Assembly (NCBI GenBank): GCA_027341385.1
Contig: DAIEMC010000105.1
Coordinates: 1,249-65,248, forward strand
Origin: Acidimicrobiaceae bacterium
Lineage (GTDB): Bacteria > Actinomycetota > Acidimicrobiia > Acidimicrobiales > Acidimicrobiaceae
Length of the DNA stretch: 64,000 bases
Direction of reading: 5' to 3'
This document shows positions 46,253 to 55,598 of this stretch, piece by piece (the first letter of the stretch is position 1; each line of letters opens with the position of its first letter). Below the pieces are notes generated by a model. That model saw only the letters and a program-made list of their open reading frames with translations. It was not told the origin of the DNA and did not search any database. The position numbers were made by a program, and so were the translations under genes.

Positions 46253-48568
46253 ATGGCTTCTGATCTCACGGCTTTGTCGACCCCCGAGCTGATGTCCCGG
46301 GCCGCGAAGGCACGCGACTCGCGTGCCGGGCGCTACCTGACCTTCAGCCCGAAGGTCTTCATCCCGCTCACCAGGCTCTGCAACGACGCCTGCGGCTATT
46401 GCACCTTCGTCCGCCGGCCGAGCCAAGTGGAGACCCCCTTCCTCTCCCCCGACGAGGTGCGGGCCATCGCCGAGGCGGGGGTGGACGCCAATTGTCACGA
46501 AGCCCTTTTCACCCTGGGCGAGAGGCCGGAGAGCCGCTGGTCCGAGGCAAAGCGCTGGCTGGAGGCCAATGGCCACTCCTCCACCGTCGACTACCTTGCC
46601 TCGATCGCCGCGCGCACCATGGCCGAGTTCGGACTGCTGCCCCACCTGAACGCGGGGGCGATGACCAAGGACGAGCTGGCGGCGCTGCGTCCGGCGTCGG
46701 TGTCCCAGGGAATGATGCTGGAGAGCATCCGGGCTGATTTGGAGGCGCACCGCGCCGCTCCGGACAAGGCTCCCGAGCGGCGGCTCGCGACCATAAGGGC
46801 CGCCGGAGAGCTATCGATCCCCTTCACCACCGGTCTGCTGGTCGGCATCGGCGACACGGAGGAGGACCGTGTGCGAGCCTTGCGCGAACTGGCGGCCCTG
46901 GCCGAGGAGTACGGCCACATCCAGGAGGTCATAATCCAGAACTTCCTGCCAAAGCCGCGCACGCGTCTCGCCTCGGCGCCGCCGGCCGACACGGAGGCCT
47001 TCCTCCGCACCATCGCGCTCGCGCGACTCATTCTGCCGCCGGCCGTGCACCTGCAGGCGCCACCGAACCTGAGCGACGAAATCGACCAGCTCGTGGCCGC
47101 AGGGATCGACGACCTGGGCGGGATCTCGCCGGTGACCATCGACCACGTGAACCCGGAGCGGCCGTGGCCGCACCTCGACAAACTCGCACGGCAGGTGGAG
47201 GAGCTCGGCTTCAACCTGGTCCCGAGGCTGGCCATCTACCCGGAGTTCGCGACCGACCCCGCCCGATGGCTGGCGCAAGAGGCGCGCTTCCCGGTTCTCG
47301 ACCATTCCGACGCGGCCGGCTTTGCACGGGAGGACCGCTGGGTCTCCGGAGGGGACGCCCCCTCGCCGTCGCTCTTCGAAGACCGCCCCCTCCCCACCAG
47401 CCTGGCCATCTTCCGGCCGCGGACCGACTCCGGATCGGGTGCGCTTGCCGAGCTGCTCGAGGCGGTGGAAGGCGGGCACGAGCCCGACGCCGCCCAGATC
47501 GAGTTGCTCTTCTCCGCACGCGGGAACGATGTGCGGCGCGTTGCCGAGGTGGCGGACGGCCTGCGGGAGCGCATCGTCGGCGACGACGTGACCTTCATCG
47601 TCAACCGGAACATCAACTACACCAACATCTGCACCTTCCGCTGCCGATTCTGCGCCTTCTCCAAGGGGCCGCTGTCGCTCAACCTGAGAGGGGCTCCATA
47701 CACCCTCACCATGGACGACCTGGCCCAGCGGGTCACCGAGGCGGCCGAAGCCGGCGCCACCGAGGTTTGCCTGCAGGGAGGCATCCATCCCGACTTCGAC
47801 GCGGACTACTACCTGGAAGTGGTGCGCACGGTGAAGGCCGCAGTGCCGGCCATGCACGTGCACGCCTTCAGCGCCTTGGAGGTCTACGAAGGTGCGCGCC
47901 GGGCCGGGCTCGGGCTGGAGGAGTACCTCCGCCTCTTGAAGGAGGCGGGCCTGCGCACCCTTCCGGGAACGGCCGCGGAGATCCTCGACGACGAGGTGCG
48001 CGAGGTCCTCTGTCCTGACAAGATCCGCACCGAGACATGGCTCGAGGTGCATCGCGCGGCTCATTCGGTAGGGCTGAACTCAAACGTCACCATCATGTTC
48101 GGCTCGCTGGAGCGCCCAGCCTCCTGGGCCCGCCACTTGACGGTCACGCGTGAGCTGCAGAAGAAGACGGGCGGCTTCACTGAGTTCGTCCCGCTTCCCT
48201 TCGTGCACATGGCCACCCCCATCTACATGCGCAAGCTGGCCCGGCGCGGACCCACCTTCCGCGAAGCGGTGCTGATGCACGCGGTCGGACGCATCGCCTA
48301 CGCCTCGACGATCCCCAACATCCAGGCCTCCTGGGTGAAAATGGGCGTCAACGGCGCTCAAGAGCTGCTGCGCTCGGGAGCCAACGACCTGGGCGGCACC
48401 CTCATGGAGGAGAACATCTCCCGTGCCGCGGGGGCGTCTCACGGCCAGGCGCTGGATGTGGAAGACTTTCTCGCCATCACCGCTCCGCTGGGCCGCAATC
48501 TCGTGCAGCGATCCACGCTCTACGGTCACCTGCGCACCTTCTCCGGCACGAGCCGGGACGCGGGGTGA
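46253..48568 (+). CDS. fbiC: Bifunctional FO synthase CofG/CofH (radical SAM)
   Basis: Two CxxxCxxC motifs (CNDACGYC, CTFRCRFC), QAPPNL, NRNINYTN, GANDLGGTLMEENISRAAGA. Confidence 0.96.
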   Translation: MASDLTALSTPELMSRAAKARDSRAGRYLTFSPKVFIPLTRLCNDACGYCTFVRRPSQVETPFLSPDEVRAIAEAGVDANCHEALFTLGERPESRWSEAKRWLEANGHSSTVDYLASIAARTMAEFGLLPHLNAGAMTKDELAALRPASVSQGMMLESIRADLEAHRAAPDKAPERRLATIRAAGELSIPFTTGLLVGIGDTEEDRVRALRELAALAEEYGHIQEVIIQNFLPKPRTRLASAPPADTEAFLRTIALARLILPPAVHLQAPPNLSDEIDQLVAAGIDDLGGISPVTIDHVNPERPWPHLDKLARQVEELGFNLVPRLAIYPEFATDPARWLAQEARFPVLDHSDAAGFAREDRWVSGGDAPSPSLFEDRPLPTSLAIFRPRTDSGSGALAELLEAVEGGHEPDAAQIELLFSARGNDVRRVAEVADGLRERIVGDDVTFIVNRNINYTNICTFRCRFCAFSKGPLSLNLRGAPYTLTMDDLAQRVTEAAEAGATEVCLQGGIHPDFDADYYLEVVRTVKAAVPAMHVHAFSALEVYEGARRAGLGLEEYLRLLKEAGLRTLPGTAAEILDDEVREVLCPDKIRTETWLEVHRAAHSVGLNSNVTIMFGSLERPASWARHLTVTRELQKKTGGFTEFVPLPFVHMATPIYMRKLARRGPTFREAVLMHAVGRIAYASTIPNIQASWVKMGVNGAQELLRSGANDLGGTLMEENISRAAGASHGQALDVEDFLAITAPLGRNLVQRSTLYGHLRTFSGTSRDAG

Positions 48569-49683
48569 AAGAAGCACGCATGAACGGCGGCACTCGGGCT
48601 TCCAGCAACAACCGGTCCCGATTCGAGGTAAAGCCGCACGAGTCGACCCTTCTGCAGGATGAGTTGGCGGCCCTGATCGAGAAGATGGCCCCGCTTCAAA
48701 ACAAGGACCTTGTCACACAGCTGCTGAACGTCGTCGTCAACTTCGCCAGCGCCGACTTGGACCGGCTGGACCTGAAGATCGCCACCGGCGCGCTCACCGA
48801 GATGCACCAGGCCTTCACCACCTTCCAGCCCTGGGCCGGACGCCGCAAACTGACCATCTTCGGCTCAGCGCGCACGCAGGAAGGCCATCCCGACTACCTG
48901 GCCACCGTGGAAGTGGCCAAGGCGATGCGCGAACGCGGATGGATGATCATCACCGGCGCCGGGCCCGGCATCATGGCGGCGGGCATCGAAGGCGCCGGGC
49001 GCGAAAACTCCTTCGGAGTGAACATAAAGCTGCCCTTCGAGCAACGGCCGAACCTCTTCATCGAAGAGGACCCCAAGCTCGTGGAGATGAAGTACTTCTT
49101 CACCCGCAAGCTGATCTTCACCCGCGAATCGCAGGCCTTCCTGGTACTTCCCGGCGGCTTCGGAACCATGGACGAGGCATTCGAACTGCTCACGCTGATG
49201 CAGACCGGCAAGTCCCAGCCCGCGCCCATCGTGCTCTACTCCGCGCCCGAGAACACCTTCTGGAAAGAGTGGGAGGTTTTCATGCGGGACAGGCTCTTCG
49301 AGGGAGGCTACGTCAGCGGAGAGGACGAAAGCCTCTTTCTCATCACCTCCGATCTCGAGGAGGCCGTGACCGAGTTCGAGAGCTTCTACTCGAACTTCGA
49401 CTCGCTGCGCTGGGTGGGAGATCTGCTGGTGCTGAGGGTGAGGCAAGGCCCCACGGAAGAGGAGCTCGAAATGCTCAACCGGCGCTACGGGCGGATCTGC
49501 TCCTCGGGCACCATCGAGGCGATCCCGATCACCGGCGCCGAGAAGGGCGACAAGGACGGCCTCGACCTCCAACGCGTCGCGCTCCGCTTCGACCGATCCT
49601 CCCACGGCGCCCTGCGTCGGCTCATCGACGACCTCAACAACCTTTCAAGACCGCCCTCGGGGGAGTCGATAACACAGGGGTGA
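48565..49683 (+). CDS. LOG/TIGR00730 family nucleotide phosphoribohydrolase with N- and C-terminal extensions
   Basis: TIFGSART, ITGAGPGIM.AG, KYFFTRK, PGGFGTMDE. Confidence 0.88.
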   Translation: MKEARMNGGTRASSNNRSRFEVKPHESTLLQDELAALIEKMAPLQNKDLVTQLLNVVVNFASADLDRLDLKIATGALTEMHQAFTTFQPWAGRRKLTIFGSARTQEGHPDYLATVEVAKAMRERGWMIITGAGPGIMAAGIEGAGRENSFGVNIKLPFEQRPNLFIEEDPKLVEMKYFFTRKLIFTRESQAFLVLPGGFGTMDEAFELLTLMQTGKSQPAPIVLYSAPENTFWKEWEVFMRDRLFEGGYVSGEDESLFLITSDLEEAVTEFESFYSNFDSLRWVGDLLVLRVRQGPTEEELEMLNRRYGRICSSGTIEAIPITGAEKGDKDGLDLQRVALRFDRSSHGALRRLIDDLNNLSRPPSGESITQG

Positions 49684-50299
49684 GAACCTGTCAGTCCTGC
49701 GGCCTGCCGGCCGCCGCATCCGTGACCCGCTGCGCGTTCTGCGGCAAGGAGCTTCACGGGACCGGAAGCTACGAGCTGATCCCCCGCTCCACGCACTTCG
49801 CTTTCAGCGCACCCGGCGCGGCGCTCGCGGACGCGAGGCTGGAAGGCGGCGTCTGGCGCATCTACGAACGCGGTTCCACCGAGCCTCGCCTCTCCTTGCT
49901 CCCCATGCTCCGTCACGGCCGCTACAGCGTTGCGCTCCTGGACGAGGGGATGGCACGGGCCGCCACGGTGGTAGTGCGCACGCGCGTCGAGCCGGGATCC
50001 CCGGAACGCCTGCTGGCCGCGGTAAACGACGACGTCCGCACTTCTCTCGTGATATACACCGACGGCCCACCGGCCTGCACATGGTGAACCGTCTCGGCGA
50101 CGTCGTCGCGCTTGCATCGCCCAAGCCCGGTGGCGCCATGTCCGGCCTGGACATCGTCTCCATGGGCTCCGACCGCCTGGCCGAGCCGGCCCAGCTGTTC
50201 GGAATCTTCCTCTCCCTGATCCTGGCGCGGGTGGCCCACCCGGGATGTACCTTCAGCGACCTCGACCACATCTGCCTGGACGCATCCAGCGAGAGCTGA
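49680..50299 (+). pseudogene. Zn-ribbon hypothetical protein split by a probable 1-nt frameshift near 50066
   Basis: CQSC..CAFC N-terminus; one extra C in GGCCC gives ...TDGPTGLHMVNRLGDVV..., joining 49680-50087 and 50081-50299. Confidence 0.5.
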
Positions 50300-50365
50300 C
50301 CGGCATTCGCCGGGGCAGGAGCGGAGAGCCTTCACTGTGCTAGCTTTTGCCCAAGGGGGGATGCA

Positions 50366-51460
50366 ATGGGCGTAAAGCGATATGCCGTGCCGGTCGAGCT
50401 GACCGACTGGAAGACCCAGGACAACACCGGCGCCGTGCAGTTCAGCTGGGACTACGACTCCGGGCGTGAGAAGCTGCTCTCGCTGTACGAAAAGGGCAAG
50501 CGCCGCCAATGGGACGCCAAGGTCCGCATCGACTGGGAGCGTGACGTCGATCTCGACAACCCGCTCGGCAACGAGGACTACTACGTCCCCATCTACGGCT
50601 CGCAGGTGTGGGAGCGCATGGACGCCCGGGCACGTGGCGAGCTGAAGCTCCACCTGGCCTCCTGGCAGTTCTCCCAGTTCCTGCACGGGGAGCAGGGCGC
50701 GTTGATCTGTGCCTCCAAGATCGTGCAGAACGTCCCGGACATGGACTCCAAGTTCTATGCGGCAACCCAGGTCATGGATGAGGCTCGGCACGTCGAGGTG
50801 TACTCCACCTTCCTGAACAAGCTGGAACTCGCCTATCCCATCAACCCGAACCTGCGCAGCATCCTGGACCAGGTGCTCAGCGACTCGCGCTGGGATATGA
50901 CCTACCTCGGCATGCAGGTACTGATCGAGGGGTTGGCGCTGGCGGCCTTCGGGATGATCCGCAACCTCACCGGCAACCAGCTTGCCCGCGACCTGACCGC
51001 GTACGTGATGCAGGACGAGGCCAGGCACGTGGCCTTTGGCCGAAACGCGCTGAGCGACTATTACCCCCAGCTCTCCGAGGCCGAGCGGAACGAGCGGGAG
51101 GAGTTCTGTGCGGAGGCCTGCAACCTGATGCGCAGCCGCTTCCTGGCGCACGAAGTCTGGGAGAACCTCGGTCTCGGCACCGACGAGTGCCTGGAATGGG
51201 TGGAGCGCTCGGAGGCGCAACAGGCCTTCCGGAGCCTACTTTTCACCCGCATCGTGCCGGTGCTCCGTGACATAGGGCTCTTCGGCGAGACCATGCGCTC
51301 CGCCTTCGAGAAGATGGGGGTCCTCGGCTTCGCCGACACCGACCTCGACGCGCTGATGGCCGACGACGAACGCGTCGCGACCGAGATCGACCAGGCCCGC
51401 CGGGCGGAGGTGGCCTCCTCCATCCACGCCGGCATGGACGACCAGGAGCCTCTTAGCTGA
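50366..51460 (+). CDS. Ferritin-like diiron protein (AurF-like oxygenase superfamily)
   Basis: HGEQGAL, DEARH, IEGLAL, DEARH: paired ExxH motifs. Confidence 0.85.
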   Translation: MGVKRYAVPVELTDWKTQDNTGAVQFSWDYDSGREKLLSLYEKGKRRQWDAKVRIDWERDVDLDNPLGNEDYYVPIYGSQVWERMDARARGELKLHLASWQFSQFLHGEQGALICASKIVQNVPDMDSKFYAATQVMDEARHVEVYSTFLNKLELAYPINPNLRSILDQVLSDSRWDMTYLGMQVLIEGLALAAFGMIRNLTGNQLARDLTAYVMQDEARHVAFGRNALSDYYPQLSEAERNEREEFCAEACNLMRSRFLAHEVWENLGLGTDECLEWVERSEAQQAFRSLLFTRIVPVLRDIGLFGETMRSAFEKMGVLGFADTDLDALMADDERVATEIDQARRAEVASSIHAGMDDQEPLS

Positions 51461-52145
51461 AGCTCGACGACGGGGGGATGAAGCGGTAGCCGGCGCCGCG
51501 CACGGTCTGGATCAAAGGTTCGTGACCGGCGATGTTGATCTTCTTGCGCAGGTAGCCGACGTAGACGTCGACGATGTTCGATCCCGGGTCGAAGGAATAG
51601 TCCCACACGTGGTTCAGGATCTGGATCCTGGACAGGACCTGGTGCGGGTTGCGCATGAACAGCTCCAGGAGCGACCACTCGCGCTGGGCGAGCTCGATGC
51701 GCTTGCCTCCGCGGAAGGCGACCTTGGAGAGCATGTCGAAGGTGACGTCGGCGACCTCGAGGGTGGTCAACGAGGCGGAATCGTAGGTGCGCAGGGCCGC
51801 ACGGATCCTCGCCAGAAGCTCGTCGAAGGAGAAGGGCTTGGTGACGTAGTCGGTGGCTCCCGCGTTCAGCCCCTTCACCTTCTCGGCCACCTCGTCGCGC
51901 GCGGTGAGGATGATCACGGGCTTGGCGAACTTGTCCGCCCGCCACTGGGCCAGCACCGACTTGCCGTCACGGAGCGGCAGGCCCAGGTCGAGCAGGACCA
52001 GGTCGATGTCCTCCGCCATGGTGGGAACGACGCGGGCCGCCGACTCTCCATCTGAGATGACGCTGGTCGCATAGCCCTCGGCGCGGAGACCGCGCGACAG
52101 GAAGCTGGCGATCTGGGGATCATCCTCCACTATGACGATGTTCAT
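51453..52145 (-). CDS. OmpR-family response regulator
   Basis: IVEDD, VLLDLGLP, DYVTKPF, NIVDVYVGYLRKK, TVRGAGY. Confidence 0.95.
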   Translation of the reverse strand: MNIVIVEDDPQIASFLSRGLRAEGYATSVISDGESAARVVPTMAEDIDLVLLDLGLPLRDGKSVLAQWRADKFAKPVIILTARDEVAEKVKGLNAGATDYVTKPFSFDELLARIRAALRTYDSASLTTLEVADVTFDMLSKVAFRGGKRIELAQREWSLLELFMRNPHQVLSRIQILNHVWDYSFDPGSNIVDVYVGYLRKKINIAGHEPLIQTVRGAGYRFIPPSSSFS

Positions 52146-52194
52146 CTTTCCTCCTTGACCGGCTCAGGACAGCCCATCCACGGCCGCCCGGCGT

Positions 52195-53745
52195 TCATAC
52201 ACGACTCTCGGCCTGGCCGTAGCCATTGGCCAGGCTGAGTGGCAGAACCACGGAAAACTCCGCTCCCCCCAGCCGCGATCGGCCGACCAGGGCCGCGCCG
52301 GAGTGCGCCCTGGCCACCGCGTCCACGATCGACAGTCCCAGGCCCGCCCCCTTGGCATAGGTCCGCGATCCGCGCTCGAAGCGCCTGAATATCGCCGCCT
52401 CCATCCCCGGCGGGACACCTGGGCCGGAATCGCCGACCGAAATCGTCAGCAGGTGCTGGTCGGCACGCGCCGCAACCTCAATCTCGTCCCCTTCGCGGGT
52501 GGCCTTGACCGCATTCTCGACCAGATTGAGAATGGCCCCGCGCAGCTTTGGAGCGTCAATCAGCAGCACCAGGTCGGGAGGTTCGACGTAATCCCAGGCG
52601 CGTGGCGCCATCACGGAAGCCGCCGCGAAGACGTCCGCCATGAAGGCACGCAGGTCCACCGGCTCCGGCTGGAGGAAGTCGCTCTCCATGGTCCTGCCAA
52701 GCATCAGCAGCTGATCGATCAGGCGGCTCATATAGGTGATTTCCTCCAGCGCGTTCTGAAGGCTCTCCTGGTTCTCGGGGCTCAGCGGCCCGCCCAGCCT
52801 CTCGATAAGCTCCAGGTTCCCGCGCACGATCGTCAACGGGGTCTTCAGCTGGTGCGACACGTCGGAAAGAAGCTGGCGCTGCTCCTCCATGGTGGCGTCC
52901 AGGCGGTCGATCATCTGGTCGAAGGTCCTGGCCATGGTGCCCATCTCGTCGTCGGGGCCGCGGTAGTCGAGTCGCCTGCTCAGGTCTCCGTCGGCGATTC
53001 CCGCCGCGGTCCGGGTGATACCGCCGACCATTCCCAGCACCCTCCGCAAGAGGAGATATCCGCTGCCGACCGTAAAGGCCACCGCGATCGCCGCCTCGGC
53101 AATGGCGAGCAGCATCACCTGCCGGCTCTCGGCCAACAGGCTGGTCTCGTCGGCGGCCGCGATGAAGACACCCACCAGTCGCGAACCCTGCCTGATCGGA
53201 GAAGCGAGGACGAGGTACTGCTTCTGCCCGGCAGGCACGCCCTGAATCGTCGTTGCAACCGGGGCGTGGGCCAGCCACGCCTTGACCTGGCTGGACTGCA
53301 GTAGCTGCTGAGAGCCACGGGAGCCCAGCGTGGCGCCCCCGGTTATCCCGACCATTATCGCCCGGGAGGCATCCACCTGGTGGCTTGCCAGGTACCTGGA
53401 AGTGGTGCTGAAGACGGAAGAGCCGGGGGAGGCCGCCAGCGCGCGGCTGTATTCGCCAAGGTCGTCAACGAGAATGCCGCGCGTGATGGCCGTGGCGTGG
53501 GACTTGAAGGTCTGGGCTACCTGGACCGCCACCAGGCCGAAGACAGCCGCGGTAACGATGGAAAGGCCCGCGATCAGCCGCGGCACCGTGCCGATCCTCA
53601 GACGCCCGACCCTACGGGCCAGGCCGAGGCGCCGCCCGCCCCGTGCCTCCTGGCCCGTCACCTCCAGGCGCTCCGGGCCCGGCGGCTCCGGCCCGAGGGC
53701 GGTCAATTCAAGCGGCGCCTCGGCGCCACCCGGCACAGTCGTCAA
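52195..53745 (-). CDS. HAMP-domain sensor histidine kinase
   Basis: Two TMs, HAMP, DVSHQLKTPL (H box), NLVENAVK, DSGPG, GAGLGLSIV. Confidence 0.93.
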   Translation of the reverse strand: MTTVPGGAEAPLELTALGPEPPGPERLEVTGQEARGGRRLGLARRVGRLRIGTVPRLIAGLSIVTAAVFGLVAVQVAQTFKSHATAITRGILVDDLGEYSRALAASPGSSVFSTTSRYLASHQVDASRAIMVGITGGATLGSRGSQQLLQSSQVKAWLAHAPVATTIQGVPAGQKQYLVLASPIRQGSRLVGVFIAAADETSLLAESRQVMLLAIAEAAIAVAFTVGSGYLLLRRVLGMVGGITRTAAGIADGDLSRRLDYRGPDDEMGTMARTFDQMIDRLDATMEEQRQLLSDVSHQLKTPLTIVRGNLELIERLGGPLSPENQESLQNALEEITYMSRLIDQLLMLGRTMESDFLQPEPVDLRAFMADVFAAASVMAPRAWDYVEPPDLVLLIDAPKLRGAILNLVENAVKATREGDEIEVAARADQHLLTISVGDSGPGVPPGMEAAIFRRFERGSRTYAKGAGLGLSIVDAVARAHSGAALVGRSRLGGAEFSVVLPLSLANGYGQAESRV

Positions 53746-54251
53746 TTGTCACCGCCGGAAGAGTCGGACGACTTGGCGGTGGTGGTAGTGGCGGAGCTTG
53801 CGTCGCTGGAGGACTGGTTCGAGTCACTCGAAGTCTGGTTCGAAGTCGCCTGCTCCGCGGTGGTGGTCGTGGCGGCGGAAGTCGTAGCCGTGGAGTCCGA
53901 TCCGGAGGAGGTCTTGTCGCCGCCCTCCGAACTCGCCTCCGGATTGATCTCGACCGGCGACGAGGATCCCGACTCGTAGGCAAGCACAGGATTGGTGGGC
54001 GAAACCACGATCAGCTTTCCCGCGTCGGAAGAGCCCTGAGGTTCGGTAGAGGTCGTATTCCCTGAGGAAGGCCCGGTCGGAAGCGATGTCGACGGGGCGA
54101 CGACCTCCACCGCTTTGGGGATCGTGACAGCGGGCGAGCGAGGCACGCCCAGCTGGAGGTAGGCGGCCGCTATCACAGCACCCACCACCATCGGCACACC
54201 TATGCCCATGACCCTGCCCAAGGTGGCAGAGAGCGACTTGGAGCCTCTCAT
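53742..54251 (-). CDS. Membrane-anchored Ser/Thr-rich protein
   Basis: N-terminal hydrophobic segment then S/T/G low complexity; stop overlaps the kinase start. Confidence 0.65.
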   Translation of the reverse strand: MRGSKSLSATLGRVMGIGVPMVVGAVIAAAYLQLGVPRSPAVTIPKAVEVVAPSTSLPTGPSSGNTTSTEPQGSSDAGKLIVVSPTNPVLAYESGSSSPVEINPEASSEGGDKTSSGSDSTATTSAATTTTAEQATSNQTSSDSNQSSSDASSATTTTAKSSDSSGGDN

Positions 54252-54378
54252 GCTCGCCTCTCCCGCATGCCCGCCTCGGAGCCACGCAACCGTTGCAGGC
54301 TCTCGCGGGCGCATCGGCGAAACGCCGACGAACCCGATCAGCTGACCCGTACAAGAGCCTTCAGGACCCTTGGGAACA

Positions 54379-54411
54379 GAGTATTAAATGAAAATTAGAG
54401 TGTTCTTAGAA
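54379..54411 (-). promoter_or_regulatory. Three 11-bp-phased direct repeats, candidate OmpR-family box
   Basis: Minus strand TTCTAAGAACA/CTCTAATTTTC/ATTTAATACTC, upstream of the Ser-rich/HK/RR operon. Confidence 0.5.
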
Positions 54412-54419
54412 CGAGGGCC

Positions 54420-55415
54420 TCAGAGCTCGACGACCATCTTGCCCAGGTTCGCACCCGAGAAGAGCCCCAGGAAGGCCTCGGGGGCGTTCTCCAGGCCCTT
54501 CACCACCGTCTCGTCGTATTGGATCCGGCCGGCCTTGATCCAGCCGGTCATCTTCTCGGCGAACTCGCCGATCGCGGCACCGTGATCACTGACGATAAAG
54601 CCTCGCAACGTCAGGCGGCGCTGCACGACCCGGAATAGGTTCCAGGGGCCGGGGTCGCGGGCCTTGGAGTTGTATCCCGAGATGGAGCCGCACATCACGA
54701 AGCGCGCGTAGTCGCGGGATGCCTCCAGGGCGGCGACGAGATGGCTGCCGCCGACGTTGTCGAAATAGACGTCGATGCCGTCCGGGGCGGCCTCCGCGAG
54801 GAGGTAGACGATGTCACCGGCGCGATAGTCGATCCCGACGTCGAAGCCGAGCTCGCCCAAACGGGCGGCCTTGGCCGCACCGCCCGCGCTCCCGATGACG
54901 GTGAGGCCCATGATCTTGGCGATCTGCCCGACCGCGGAGCCCACGGCGCCGGCGGCGCCGGAGACGAAGATGGTCTCTCCCGTCTTCGGCTCCCCGAAGC
55001 GCGTCAGGCCTATGTAGGCGGTGAAGCCCGGCATCCCGAGCACCCCCAGATACGCGCTGGGCGAGACTCCCTCAACGGGATCGAGGCGCCGAAGCGAATG
55101 CGCCGGCTTGACCTCGTAGTCGGACCAGCTGGCCATGGAGAGCACCAGGTCGCCCACCGCAACCGAGGGGGAATTGGACTCGAGAACCTCGCCGACGGCG
55201 GAGCCGACCAGTGGCTCGCCCACCTCGAACGGAGGAACGTAGCTCTTCGCGGCGTTCATCCTGCCGCGCATGTAGGGATCCACCGAAAGGAACCGCCAGC
55301 GAACCAGCGCCTCCCCGTCACCCGGCGGGTCAAGCTCCACAACTCGCGAACCGAACGTCGCGGCCGTGGGCATGCCCACGGGCCTGGAAGCGAGCGTTAT
55401 CTGTCTTGCCTGCAT
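54420..55415 (-). CDS. NADP-dependent alkenal/one oxidoreductase (MDR family)
   Basis: LSVDPYMRGRM, LGMPGFTAY.GL, VSGAAGAVGS, YFDNVGG, GKMVV. Confidence 0.92.
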   Translation of the reverse strand: MQARQITLASRPVGMPTAATFGSRVVELDPPGDGEALVRWRFLSVDPYMRGRMNAAKSYVPPFEVGEPLVGSAVGEVLESNSPSVAVGDLVLSMASWSDYEVKPAHSLRRLDPVEGVSPSAYLGVLGMPGFTAYIGLTRFGEPKTGETIFVSGAAGAVGSAVGQIAKIMGLTVIGSAGGAAKAARLGELGFDVGIDYRAGDIVYLLAEAAPDGIDVYFDNVGGSHLVAALEASRDYARFVMCGSISGYNSKARDPGPWNLFRVVQRRLTLRGFIVSDHGAAIGEFAEKMTGWIKAGRIQYDETVVKGLENAPEAFLGLFSGANLGKMVVEL

Positions 55416-55598
55416 GGGGCGGTGACCTCCGATCGAAGAAGCGAAGAGCAGGGGGCCGGCGCCTGCGGCGCACCCTCCGCCTCCATCCTTGCACACCTTC
55501 CCGCTTTCCGGGAGCCCGAAACCTCCCGCCCCTTTGCCCCGGCCGCCGCTGCCCGGATAGGCTCAGCAGTTCATAGACCGCTTCATGGGGAGCACACG

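Noticed and set aside
54741-55598. Long N-terminal extension of the agmatinase ORF
   Set aside because: Overlaps the oxidoreductase antisense; ATG at 55599 fits the family length.
55416-55598. Guanidine riboswitch upstream of the ureohydrolase
   Set aside because: No ACGR hairpins or ykkC core motifs found.
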